From a bacterium (GTDB lineage Bacteria > Hinthialibacterota > Hinthialibacteria > Hinthialibacterales > Hinthialibacteraceae), in contig CAXXMV010000006.1 of NCBI GenBank assembly GCA_963662285.2, forward strand, positions 576,001 through 640,000: a stretch of DNA of 64,000 bases, in the 5' to 3' direction. The position numbers were made by a program, and so were the translations under genes. Positions 17,875-26,944 of this stretch are shown here, in pieces. Each line of letters starts with the position of its first letter. Position 1 is the first letter of the stretch. The notes below the pieces were generated by a model. It ran no database searches and was not told the origin of the DNA. It saw only the letters and a list, made by a program, of their open reading frames with translations.

Positions 17875-19086
17875 TTGGACGATAATTATTTTATGAACTA
17901 TTTAACTCAACCTGTAATACTAGGCGGATCAGCTGTGGCATATTCAATAATTCCATTTGTTCGACCCCAACTCCCGGTTTTTGAGAATATTGAGAATCCA
18001 TATAGGGAAATACTGCAAAATGGCATGGTTACGACCGGTTCTCATGCAGAAGAGTTGGGCGGTAAAGTGAGTTCTTTCTTAAATTCAGAGTACGCGATTG
18101 CCGTATCCAGCTGCACCTGCGGCTTATTACTGGCAATTCAGGCTTTGGATTTACCCAAGGGATCAGAGGTAATCTTACCGAGTTTTACCTTTATGGCTTC
18201 GGCTTTAGGGCCGGTGTGGAATGGTTTACGTCTTAAGTTTGTGGATGTTGACCGGTGGACCATGAATATTGATCCGGAGAGAGTTGAAGAAGCAATAACT
18301 TCGGATACATCCGCCATTATTGCCGTTCATCAATTTGGCAATCCCGCGCCGATTGAAGAATTGCAAGCATTGGCTGACAAGCATGGTCTGGCATTAATCT
18401 TTGATTCAGCGCATGGTTTTGGATCGCTGCATAATGATCAGCCATTGGGCGTGTATGGTCAGGCGGAGATTTTCAGCATGTCTCCCACCAAATTGATGAT
18501 TGCGGCGGAAGGAGGCATTGTATCCACTAACGATCCAGATATCGCGGAGCATGTTCGTTTGGGGCGTAATTATGGCAATCCAGGGAACTATGATTGTCTT
18601 TTTCCCGGATTGAATGCCCGTATGAGCGAACTGCATGCCATACTTGCCTTGAATTCGCTTGACCTGTTAGAGAACGCAGCCCGGCATCGCAACCAGGTTG
18701 TCGAGAAATATAAAGAGCGTCTTGAATCTGTTCCGGGCGTCAGTTTTCAAAAAATCGCTCCCAATGATCAATCATCATATAAGGATTTATCGGTGGTGTT
18801 TGATGAAGAATTGTTTGGATTAACCCAAAGGCAGTTAGAGAAATCCTTGCTTGCGGAAGGCATTCATACCCGTGTTTATTACTCTCCTGTGGTGCATAAG
18901 ATGAAAGCGTTTGCTCGATTCGCTGATGAAAAAACTGACGGGCAATTGCCCAACACGCTTTATCTTGAGTCTCATTCATTGAGTTTGCCAATTTATTCTG
19001 ATATGAAGGATGATGAAATAGATATTGTTTGTGACGCGATTACGCGGATACATTATCATGCGCGAGAGATTGTGAATGCATTATAA
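17875..19086 (+). CDS. DegT/DnrJ/EryC1/StrS family PLP-dependent aminotransferase
   Basis: AVSSCT.GL, EVI.PSFTF.AS, VDVD..T.NIDP, DSAH.FG, FS.SPTK...AEGG, G.NARMSE. The true start may be 17893 or 17938. Confidence 0.92.
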   Translation: MDDNYFMNYLTQPVILGGSAVAYSIIPFVRPQLPVFENIENPYREILQNGMVTTGSHAEELGGKVSSFLNSEYAIAVSSCTCGLLLAIQALDLPKGSEVILPSFTFMASALGPVWNGLRLKFVDVDRWTMNIDPERVEEAITSDTSAIIAVHQFGNPAPIEELQALADKHGLALIFDSAHGFGSLHNDQPLGVYGQAEIFSMSPTKLMIAAEGGIVSTNDPDIAEHVRLGRNYGNPGNYDCLFPGLNARMSELHAILALNSLDLLENAARHRNQVVEKYKERLESVPGVSFQKIAPNDQSSYKDLSVVFDEELFGLTQRQLEKSLLAEGIHTRVYYSPVVHKMKAFARFADEKTDGQLPNTLYLESHSLSLPIYSDMKDDEIDIVCDAITRIHYHAREIVNAL

Positions 19087-19122
19087 CTGGTAACCGAAGA
19101 TTTTGTTTGGAGAGCGCAGGTA

Positions 19123-20142
19123 TTATTGTGTTTTAAGGTGTTTATCAAAGAATTCGCGCGTCTTGGATTCCAGATAGGGCAGGCCAATCATCCTGGTAAA
19201 TATCGCAGCACTGTAATGTCCGCTGGGGATGTAAACTGTGCGGGGAAAGCCGAGGGCTTGGCGCAGAATTTCTCCATTAGCTCTAGGTACGGTATGATCA
19301 AATCGGGCCAGAATGAGTAGGGTTGTCCGGGGATCAATATAAGGGGCGAATTGTAATGGCTCCATATGGATTTTATTTAATTCAGGTGATTTTGGATTTT
19401 CTGTGCTGGATTTGATTATTGTTTTTATATTCCGTAGTTTTTTATGATTACTGTTTGAGATCAAAGATCTCATCTCCGCTCCCGCCAAGGCAAAGATGTT
19501 AGTTTTAAGGCGATCATCCACACCCGCCAGGATTACATTTTTGATTCCGCCATAACTGACGCCGAAACTGCCGATAGCATCAGGGTTTACGCCCGGTTGT
19601 TGACATAACCAGTCTAATGCGGCGCGGTCGCGGGTGACTGCGTCGTGCAGCCGATGCTCTAATTGTTCTATAGTTGAGGTGTTTCGGGTAATGTCTTTGG
19701 GGCGGTGAACCACTATACAGTGATATCCATGTTTAGAGAAATATCGCGCAAAATGGCTTGCAACTCTATTTTTCCCACCCAAAATTGGTGAAATCAAGAG
19801 AGCTGGCTGCTGTTGGGATGTGGCGCATCGATAAAAATCCAGAATAATTGGGTTGTTTGCTTCATCATTATCTTTATCTTTTGTTAAAATCTGCTCTGGT
19901 GAGTCTTCTAATTCAAGTGTTATGCGTTGAAAACCGTTGTTTGATTCACTTTTATCTGTCCATGTCATAGTATTGGAAAACTGATTTTGAATCAGTTTCG
20001 GGCGGGGAATTGGAGCGTGAAATGGCTTATTTGCTGCTATAGTAGCGCATTGAGTCTGCATTAAGCACAATAGGATCATTGTTATTAAATAAAATATTGA
20101 TGGTCGAATATCATTATTCATCTTGCCAGAGTCCCTTAGCAT
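19123..20142 (-). CDS. Alpha/beta-hydrolase family protein, probably exported or a lipoprotein
   Basis: Nucleophile motif GVSYGG, acid in RFDHTVP, His in SGHY; N-terminal hydrophobic segment ending in Cys. Confidence 0.82.
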   Translation of the reverse strand: MLRDSGKMNNDIRPSIFYLITMILLCLMQTQCATIAANKPFHAPIPRPKLIQNQFSNTMTWTDKSESNNGFQRITLELEDSPEQILTKDKDNDEANNPIILDFYRCATSQQQPALLISPILGGKNRVASHFARYFSKHGYHCIVVHRPKDITRNTSTIEQLEHRLHDAVTRDRAALDWLCQQPGVNPDAIGSFGVSYGGIKNVILAGVDDRLKTNIFALAGAEMRSLISNSNHKKLRNIKTIIKSSTENPKSPELNKIHMEPLQFAPYIDPRTTLLILARFDHTVPRANGEILRQALGFPRTVYIPSGHYSAAIFTRMIGLPYLESKTREFFDKHLKTQ

Positions 20143-20144
20143 TC

Positions 20145-20209
20145 GTATTATTGTTATAATATAGAATTATAGTCACACCGGAAGTGATTCTATATTATAA
20201 CAATAGTAC
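20145..20209. promoter_or_regulatory. Long inverted repeat; each arm carries an extended -10 element (TGTTATAAT); lies between divergent genes
   Basis: TATTGTTATAATATAGAAT (20149-20167) and ATTCTATATTATAACAATA (20187-20205) are perfect 19-bp arms. Confidence 0.65.
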
Positions 20210-20223
20210 AAACGGAGGATGCA

Positions 20224-20526
20224 ATGAAGAATTATCGTTTATTAACATTGGTTTTAGTGGGAATGTTATGTCTATCCGTATTCGGTTGCGCAAGTTCGAC
20301 CAAAAAAGTGGTTTTGGATGACCAGACAATCGCTAATCAGATCAAGGATGCTCTTGAAGCTCCTACAGGACCGGAAGCGCCATTTACAATTGATATCTTT
20401 GTCGAAAAAGGCGTAGTTGAATTGGATGGCACAGTCGCCAGCGCGGCAGCTAAAGCTAAAGCCATCGAAATTGCTCACACCAGCCAGAGCGTAAAAGATG
20501 TTAAGAGTTTTATTGTTGTAAGATGA
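20224..20526 (+). CDS. BON-domain lipoprotein
   Basis: Lipobox VFGC; DD..I...I..AL, I.I.V..GVV.L.GTV, VKDV; GGAGG RBS. Confidence 0.88.
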   Translation: MKNYRLLTLVLVGMLCLSVFGCASSTKKVVLDDQTIANQIKDALEAPTGPEAPFTIDIFVEKGVVELDGTVASAAAKAKAIEIAHTSQSVKDVKSFIVVR

Positions 20527-21056
20527 AGCAGATTGTCAACCGGACGGTAATCGAACTGGTTCAGGGCGATATTACCTCGCAGGATGTGGATGCGATAGTT
20601 AACGCGGCCAATACTTTTCTTTTGGGTGGTGGAGGCGTGGACGGCGCAATACACCGGGCGGGCGGCGTCGCAATTCTGGACGAATGCAAAAAACTCAATG
20701 GCTGCCAGACAGGCGACGCCAAGATTACCACTGGTGGAAATCTTAAGGCTGGTCATGTCATTCATACTGTTGGACCGATTTATCGTGATGGTATGAGAGG
20801 TGAACCCGAACTTTTGGCTTCTTGTTATCGAAGAAGCCTGGAAGTCGCGGTTGAAAACAGCAAGCAAACAGTCGCATTTCCTTCCGTCAGTACAGGGGTA
20901 TATGGCTATCCCTACGATGAGGCGGCGGAAATAGCATTATCGACTGTTAAAGCATTTGTTGAAGAGAATGCTTCCATACGTCTGGTTCGTTTTGTATTAT
21001 TTAATGAACCAATCTATCAGGCGTTTGAGGAAGCCATGAAAAAAGTAATGATATAA
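20523..21056 (+). CDS. ymdB: Macrodomain O-acetyl-ADP-ribose deacetylase (YmdB-like)
   Basis: GDIT..VDAIVNAAN..LLGGGGVDGAIHRAGG, VIHTVGP, AFPSVSTGVYGYP. Confidence 0.92.
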   Translation: MKQIVNRTVIELVQGDITSQDVDAIVNAANTFLLGGGGVDGAIHRAGGVAILDECKKLNGCQTGDAKITTGGNLKAGHVIHTVGPIYRDGMRGEPELLASCYRRSLEVAVENSKQTVAFPSVSTGVYGYPYDEAAEIALSTVKAFVEENASIRLVRFVLFNEPIYQAFEEAMKKVMI

Positions 21057-21059
21057 TGT

Positions 21060-21087
21060 CGTACGGCGCTCGTTTGAGCGCCGTACG
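21060..21087. terminator. Perfect 12-bp hairpin between convergent genes (terminator or REP-like unit)
   Basis: CGTACGGCGCTC-GTTT-GAGCGCCGTACG followed by TTT. Confidence 0.65.
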
Positions 21088-21127
21088 TTTATCATGCTTA
21101 AATATAAGATAGTGTTTAAGATAGTGT

Positions 21128-22264
21128 TTATGATAGGGTAGAATCGTTAGAATCTTCGCCTGGAGGCGCTGGCGGTTTTGGCGGCGAATTTTCTTCTGTA
21201 TCCTCAGTATCCTTAATATCCTCAGAAACCGCTTCATTTGGAATATCCGAAAACGACACAGGTCCATCAAGAGGTGGGGGAGATAGGAGCGTCTCTTCTG
21301 TTATTGGCGGCTCCTCACTGTTCTGTTCAAGATTCAGGGGATCGTATTCTCTGTCTTGATATATATCTTTCAGGAAACAAAGGGCGTAAGCGTTCTGTAA
21401 GATGGGGAATGGTAGAAGAATCATGGTGATGAAGAACTGGATGGAGAAATGCGGCGCTGCTATGAGACTGATTATGGCCTGAGGCGTGATGCCGCTTTTG
21501 ACGCCTTGTAGACCTACCGAGAATAATCCAAAGGATATGGATAATAGCATTACCAGCATGAATCCTGCTGCGAGAATCAAGAACTGAATAAACGCGTATC
21601 CGATGTACTCAGCCGGTTTTTTAAAGAGTTGACTGAAGGCGTTGCCCCACGCTTCAAAGATGCCTTTTGATTTAATAACCATCTGAGGAATTACTATTGC
21701 GTTCAGCATGATAGTATGGATTATAAGTATCGCGCATACGAATAGAAAGAAAAATGAATTAAAGGCAATAACCAGGATTAAGCCAAAATTGTTATTCAAC
21801 AATGATCCGATAATCCCGGTGAATATCATGAGCAGCAATAGGCCGATTATCATAAGAATCAGAAATAACATCTTGATGCAAATGTTCCAGAGGAATACAG
21901 AAATAATTCCAGAAAAATGTTTTCCAGTGGATCGTTTGTAATGAATAACTCCATTTTTTACTGCATCAAATAAAATGAAACGTGAACATGAACGGGCGAA
22001 CTCGAATACAACTGCAATGAAAAGTGAAAATAAAAGCAATCCTACAATCGTAGGAAGCATTTCTAATGCTTGCTCAGCCATTTGTTCATAATCGGTTATT
22101 GAATTGGCTTCATCTGTTTTAAGGTTGAATATGGCATAAGAAAATCCCTTGATGATCATCACCATAACGACTGCTTTCAACCAGAACAGTAATCGAAACG
22201 GCTGAAATAAAAGTTGCGTCATGTTAGACCAGGCTGTGCCAAGGGAGTCGGTGCAAAAGGCCAT
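21128..22264 (-). CDS. Multi-pass membrane protein of unknown function with an acidic, Pro-rich C-terminal tail
   Basis: About 6 TM segments; LLFQPF...WLK N-terminal motif; low-complexity E/D/P tail; GGAG RBS. Confidence 0.72.
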   Translation of the reverse strand: MAFCTDSLGTAWSNMTQLLFQPFRLLFWLKAVVMVMIIKGFSYAIFNLKTDEANSITDYEQMAEQALEMLPTIVGLLLFSLFIAVVFEFARSCSRFILFDAVKNGVIHYKRSTGKHFSGIISVFLWNICIKMLFLILMIIGLLLLMIFTGIIGSLLNNNFGLILVIAFNSFFFLFVCAILIIHTIMLNAIVIPQMVIKSKGIFEAWGNAFSQLFKKPAEYIGYAFIQFLILAAGFMLVMLLSISFGLFSVGLQGVKSGITPQAIISLIAAPHFSIQFFITMILLPFPILQNAYALCFLKDIYQDREYDPLNLEQNSEEPPITEETLLSPPPLDGPVSFSDIPNEAVSEDIKDTEDTEENSPPKPPAPPGEDSNDSTLS

Positions 22265-22399
22265 TTTGAATTCTCTCCACAGGTAAATTTTTTATAGAAA
22301 AACAATATTCAGCAACCTCGCCAATACTTTTTCTTATGATAGGCTTAGTTATGCTTTTGGCGTAGGATGAGAATACATATTAATAGGCGTAAATTGACA

Positions 22400-23521
22400 A
22401 TGCATCATAATACACGAGTTAATATTAATCTGCGAGCGTACCGGCATAATTTAGAGATGCTGGCATCATCTTTATCGCCGGGTTGCCGTTTGTGCGCTGT
22501 GCTGAAAGCGGATGCTTATGGGCATGGATTGAAGCAGCTGGCGCCAATAGCCGATGCTTGCGGCGTTGAAATTATGGCTATTGTGGATAACTGGGAAGCG
22601 GAAGCAATCCGGCGAATGGGGGTTAAGCGGACTATTATCCGTCTGCGTCCGGCTGTGGTGGATGAGATAGGTGAAGCATTGCAATGGGGCGTAGAGGAGA
22701 TCGTTGGTTCTATTGATCAAGCCGAAGCGCTGTCGACTATCGGAGTAAAATGCAAGCAGCCTATTCCTGTGCATCTGGCTTTGGATGTAGGGATATCACG
22801 GATGGAATTTTCTAATCCCATACAACCAGACGATTTAAAACGTCTTATTGCGTTGCCTGGTATAACCATTAAAGGAGTAATGGCTCATTTCCCCTGCGCG
22901 GATGAGGAGGATATTTCAATTTCAAAGGCGCAAGGCGATAAGTTCGTTCGAGAGTATGGCAATATGGCGCCTTATCTTCCCGATGATGTGAGCATTCATA
23001 TCGCCAACAGCGCTGCAACGATGCGGTTGCCGGAATGTCAACATGATTTAGCGCGTCTGGGCATTATCACCTATGGGCTTTCTCCTACTAATACCATTGA
23101 TTTTGATAACTGTTTTCAACCTGTTATGACAGTGACCACGCAGGTAGTGCAAGTACGCCAGGTTCCAAAGGGATCTACTATTGGTTATGGGATGACTCAC
23201 TGCGTCGAAAACGACGCCATTATTGCGACTCTTCCTGTAGGTTATGCGGATGGTTATCTACGGGAATTCTCTAACAAAGCGGATGTTTTGATTGGAGGAG
23301 AAAGATGTCCGGTGGTTGGAAAAGTATCCATGAATATGATAACGGTTGATGTGAGTCATTTGAAGCATGTTCAGACGGGGGATGAAGCGGTTTTGTTAGG
23401 AGAACAGGGAACCGGAATCATCACAGCTGAAGAGTTGGCGCATCACGCCAATACTATAAATTACGAAATCACCTGCATTTTGGGACGGATCAACTGCCAA
23501 TGGCGTTTTGAATTAGGCTAA
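22400..23521 (+). CDS. alr: Alanine racemase
   Basis: AVLKADAYGHG (PLP lysine), H.ANSA, RLGI..YG, IGYG, PVGYADGY, INYEI. Start taken as ATG 22400; 22367 is also possible. Confidence 0.95.
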   Translation: MHHNTRVNINLRAYRHNLEMLASSLSPGCRLCAVLKADAYGHGLKQLAPIADACGVEIMAIVDNWEAEAIRRMGVKRTIIRLRPAVVDEIGEALQWGVEEIVGSIDQAEALSTIGVKCKQPIPVHLALDVGISRMEFSNPIQPDDLKRLIALPGITIKGVMAHFPCADEEDISISKAQGDKFVREYGNMAPYLPDDVSIHIANSAATMRLPECQHDLARLGIITYGLSPTNTIDFDNCFQPVMTVTTQVVQVRQVPKGSTIGYGMTHCVENDAIIATLPVGYADGYLREFSNKADVLIGGERCPVVGKVSMNMITVDVSHLKHVQTGDEAVLLGEQGTGIITAEELAHHANTINYEITCILGRINCQWRFELG

Positions 23522-23680
23522 TTTTTTTTTGACCTCCAGTATTCTTTCATAGAGCATATCATTTATAAGGTGTTGATTTTTATTATAATATGTCTTAATG
23601 ATTACAAAAGTAAGTTAACTTTTTAGTTGTAATGTTATTTTGCTTTAATGGGTAATATTGTGAAATAATATAAATTTTTC

Positions 23681-23708
23681 TTGACAAAAACCGGGAAATG
23701 CTTATTAT
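23681..23708 (+). promoter_or_regulatory. Sigma70-type promoter candidate
   Basis: TTGACA (23681-23686), 16-nt spacer, TATTAT (23703-23708), preceded by an AT-rich UP-like tract. Confidence 0.55.
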
Positions 23709-23714
23709 GTTATT

Positions 23715-23785
23715 TGGGCTTCCAACTTCCAGGGGTCGTCAGACTGTGATTAAGGTCACAGGCTAGATAACGGCCCCTTTTTTTT
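23715..23785 (+). ncRNA. Candidate small non-coding RNA of about 70 nt ending in an intrinsic terminator
   Basis: Follows the promoter candidate; outer stem GGGGTCGT/ACGGCCCC, inner stem CTGTGA/TCACAG, then T8; no ORF. Confidence 0.4.
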
Positions 23786-23803
23786 GTCTGGAATTAAATG
23801 CAG

Positions 23804-25165
23804 TTATTTTGGCGTTGGATAAAACTCGCTGTCGGTTCTGGCTTCTTTGAATAATCCTTCCATTTTTTTAATGATATCAGGATAGGCGTTGGCGATGTTA
23901 TTGGTTTCAGATAAATCGTTTTTGAGATCGTATAGTTCGATGGGAGCATTCCATTGGGCGTGAACCGCTTTCCAGTCGCCCATGCGGATGGCGCGGCGGC
24001 CGCCTTGTTCATGAAATTCCCAATAGAGATAATCATGGTTCTTCTGAGGCTTATTCATCAGAGCGTTGACCATTGATATGCCATCAATTCCATCCGGCAT
24101 ACTGGTTCCCGCCAGTTCAGCTGCGGTTGAGGGGAAATCCCAGAAGGCCCACACCTGGTCGCTCACCGCGCCCGCTTTTATTTTTCCAGGCCAACGTGCG
24201 ATCATGGGTACTCTGATGCCGCCTTCGTATAGGGCGCGTTTTATACCGCGCAGCGGGCCGTTGCTATCCAGGAAATCTGCATTGGAGCCGCCTTCACTGT
24301 GGGGGCCATTGTCGCTGGTGAAGAAGACAATGGTATCATCATCAATGCCCAGTTCTTTAAGTAAAGCCAGTATCTGACCGACGTCTTTATCCAAGAGGGT
24401 AATCATGGCGGCGCGGTTCTTTTCATTTTGAGGCCAGGGCTTGTCGCTGTAAGGTTTATCGCTGGGTATGGGCATGCCGTTGGCGCGGCCTTCGTTAAAT
24501 GCGTGGGGGATGGTGTAGGGCAGGTAGAGGAAGAAGGGTTTGTCTTTGTGATCACGCACGAAGCCTAATGCTTCTTTAGTGAAGGCGTCATGGGAGTAGG
24601 TCCAACGCTCGAAGAAATCACGCTCTTCGTTTCTCCACAGGTAATCGGGGAAGTAATTATGAGCGCGGCCTTGGTTTAGATAGCCGTACCAGAAATCGAA
24701 ACCCTGGCGATTGGGAACGCCGCTGGTGTCTGGCTCGCCTAAACCCCATTTGCCGATGATTCCGGTTGTGTATCCGGCGCCCTTCAGTATTTCGGCGACG
24801 GTGATATGTTCCGGCAGCAGGGGGTGGCGTTTGTTGCCGCGAATATGCGCGTGGCCGGTATGGTATCCGGTCATCAGGCAGCAGCGAGAAGGAGCGCATA
24901 CTGTGCTGCCTGCGTAACATTGGGTGAAGCGTATGCCTTCACTCGCCATCTTATCGATATGGGGCGTTCTGGTTTTCTGCTGGCCATAACAGCCTAAATC
25001 GCCGTATCCCAGGTCATCGGCCATTATGTAAATTATATTCGGTTTGCGTCCGTTTTTTGCGTTGGCGTGGAGCGTTGCGGGATTCAGGCATATCATACCA
25101 GCCGCCATTCCCGCAGCAGCTGCGCCGGTGGTTCTTAAGAAATTACGCCTGTTTTGAATGGACAT
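23804..25165 (-). CDS. Arylsulfatase (S1 family, Cys-type), Tat-exported
   Basis: RRNFL Tat motif; PNIIYIMADDLG; CAPSR..LMTG; GKWGLG; FTSDNG; YEGGIRVP. Confidence 0.95.
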   Translation of the reverse strand: MSIQNRRNFLRTTGAAAAGMAAGMICLNPATLHANAKNGRKPNIIYIMADDLGYGDLGCYGQQKTRTPHIDKMASEGIRFTQCYAGSTVCAPSRCCLMTGYHTGHAHIRGNKRHPLLPEHITVAEILKGAGYTTGIIGKWGLGEPDTSGVPNRQGFDFWYGYLNQGRAHNYFPDYLWRNEERDFFERWTYSHDAFTKEALGFVRDHKDKPFFLYLPYTIPHAFNEGRANGMPIPSDKPYSDKPWPQNEKNRAAMITLLDKDVGQILALLKELGIDDDTIVFFTSDNGPHSEGGSNADFLDSNGPLRGIKRALYEGGIRVPMIARWPGKIKAGAVSDQVWAFWDFPSTAAELAGTSMPDGIDGISMVNALMNKPQKNHDYLYWEFHEQGGRRAIRMGDWKAVHAQWNAPIELYDLKNDLSETNNIANAYPDIIKKMEGLFKEARTDSEFYPTPK

Positions 25166-25237
25166 AGTAGGATTTCCTTTCAAATTCTATCTGGTTTAGG
25201 TAATTGTTTTCAGAATACCCTTACCGTATATAATAAT

Positions 25238-25290
25238 AGGTGGTTTTATCAAGGGGTGAGCGCAATGCGCTCTTGCCCTTGGCGCCCATC
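25238..25290 (+). repeat. Repeat family A, copy 5 (compensatory change in the inner stem)
   Basis: AGGTGGTTTTATCAAGGGGTGAGCGCAATGCGCTCTTGCCCTTGGCGCCCATC; inner stem is GAGCGC/GCGCTC. Confidence 0.82.
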
Positions 25291-25333
25291 TGATACCGGG
25301 AAATTTCTATTGTTTTTAGTATGTCGTATTCAT

Positions 25334-26944
25334 TTAATCTATATTATAATCACCCACAGCAATCGCCCAGTCGGATTTATAGGGCGCCTTCCAGTCTTGT
25401 TGTCGGATTTTAAGTAAGCCTAGATCGATCTCTCTATATTTTTTCTTTGCATCAACCACAATAGCTGAAAGCGGTTTTGTTGCTTTAGATAAATCTATGT
25501 GGATGGATGAGGTATCTTCTTTGAAGATCAACAAATTAGAATAGTCAGGTTGGCGGAGGCATACTCCATCGGTAATTGAGTTATCGCGAATCATCTCTTT
25601 GAGGAAACGGTTCTTGAAGAACCGGGAATAGGTCTTGATTAAATGCTTGTTATTATATTCAACTGAAGCGTCGGATGGCGCGTTAATGAGGTTGCCCCAT
25701 ATATTAGCGACTCCACCAGCCATAGCGGAATGCCATAGTCCTTTGCGGGTTAATTCTTCATCGTAATCTTTCTCAGGATATTTGGATGGTTGTCGGATGC
25801 GAAAACGGTCTTCTGAGAAGGTCGGTTTACCGGGCAGCGCTTCGAGAGACGCGGTGTAGACTTCATAAGTCGGGCGGTGGTGTTCGTATGCGGAATAATC
25901 CAAGCCATTATAGATTTGTTGTTTGCTGTGATCCGTCCCGCGTCTGGGGCCTCCGGATCTTCCACCAAGGAAGTGAAACCAGCCTAGATGTTGGTGCATG
26001 TAGGAATGCCATATATGCAAATCCTTTTCAATTACCCATTCAAAAAGATCAAAACCATATCCCATAGACCAACCGGGGATGGGGCCGAGACGCGCTGCGA
26101 TATAGCGTTGCAGGCGTTGATCTACTTTGCCGTTTTTACCCCAGGTGATGGGAGTCATCTTTCTGGATTCATCTCCCCAGGCCCAGAGATGAACCATGCC
26201 GCCTGCTGCGTGAGTTTTTGTTATAAGTAATTCCAGCGCTTCAAATGTTCTGCTATCTGGATTGGGATATTTATCTTTGATGCCGCTGGTGCGGTCCTGG
26301 TTGATATCGAACCATCTGGAAAAAACCATGGTGTGAAATCCATTGAAACCGTGTTCGATTAGGAATGTCTGGATATCCCGGTCGATCTTTTGAGGATTCT
26401 GGTAAAAATCCAGTGGATTATTATACATGACCAATTGAGGAATGAAGGCTTTACCCGCGCCTGACCAACCCCATTTATTTCCGAAATTGGTGATGAAGCC
26501 ATGAGCCTTGGAATCAGGATTGGGTTTGATGGTTACTGTGCCGATTTTGCCATCTAAATCGGGATCAAGGCTTTTTGTTATAATTTTCCATTTTCCGGTT
26601 TTGATTCCAGTGAAGCGGAATTTCCAGGTATCGTTTTCAGCATAATACATTCCAGTGGTTATGGTTGTGCCACTGGGATGAGTGAATACAGCGCTGGCTA
26701 TTAAATCATAAGGGTTGCCATCATAACTGTCGTTAGTTAGTGACCATTCAAGATAAGGCGACCATTGGGTTCCTGTTTGATCGAGGCTGCTTGCGCTATA
26801 GACGGTGGGAGACAATATGCATTGAACAATAAATAGATTGATTATAAGAGAGAGCCAGCGCCAATGGATTAATGATGTTAGATTTGAAATAGCAGTCTTG
26901 TTATGCATTTTTGAAACCTCTGATATTGATTTATAAATCATCAT
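25334..26944 (-). CDS. Secreted DUF5060-domain protein with a putative GH-like (DUF4038-type) catalytic domain
   Basis: GNPYD....A.F.HPSG....G.Y.....WKFRF....G.W...T.S...DLDG; RYIAAR; signal or TM segment near the N-terminus. Start uncertain (26944 or 26908). Confidence 0.65.
   Translation of the reverse strand: MMIYKSISEVSKMHNKTAISNLTSLIHWRWLSLIINLFIVQCILSPTVYSASSLDQTGTQWSPYLEWSLTNDSYDGNPYDLIASAVFTHPSGTTITTGMYYAENDTWKFRFTGIKTGKWKIITKSLDPDLDGKIGTVTIKPNPDSKAHGFITNFGNKWGWSGAGKAFIPQLVMYNNPLDFYQNPQKIDRDIQTFLIEHGFNGFHTMVFSRWFDINQDRTSGIKDKYPNPDSRTFEALELLITKTHAAGGMVHLWAWGDESRKMTPITWGKNGKVDQRLQRYIAARLGPIPGWSMGYGFDLFEWVIEKDLHIWHSYMHQHLGWFHFLGGRSGGPRRGTDHSKQQIYNGLDYSAYEHHRPTYEVYTASLEALPGKPTFSEDRFRIRQPSKYPEKDYDEELTRKGLWHSAMAGGVANIWGNLINAPSDASVEYNNKHLIKTYSRFFKNRFLKEMIRDNSITDGVCLRQPDYSNLLIFKEDTSSIHIDLSKATKPLSAIVVDAKKKYREIDLGLLKIRQQDWKAPYKSDWAIAVGDYNID

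Noticed and set aside
17875-19086. Possible O-antigen or secondary-metabolite cluster around the DegT aminotransferase
   Set aside because: No neighbouring nucleotide-sugar, glycosyltransferase or synthase genes; it is an isolated gene.
20523-21056. Macrodomain as a DarG-type antitoxin or defence component
   Set aside because: It is a canonical stand-alone YmdB-like sequence with no DarT, sirtuin or Thoeris partner nearby.
21105-21130. 12-bp tandem duplication TAAGATAGTGTT x2 at a stop codon, a possible insertion footprint
   Set aside because: Only two AT-rich units and no associated element; replication slippage is enough to explain it.
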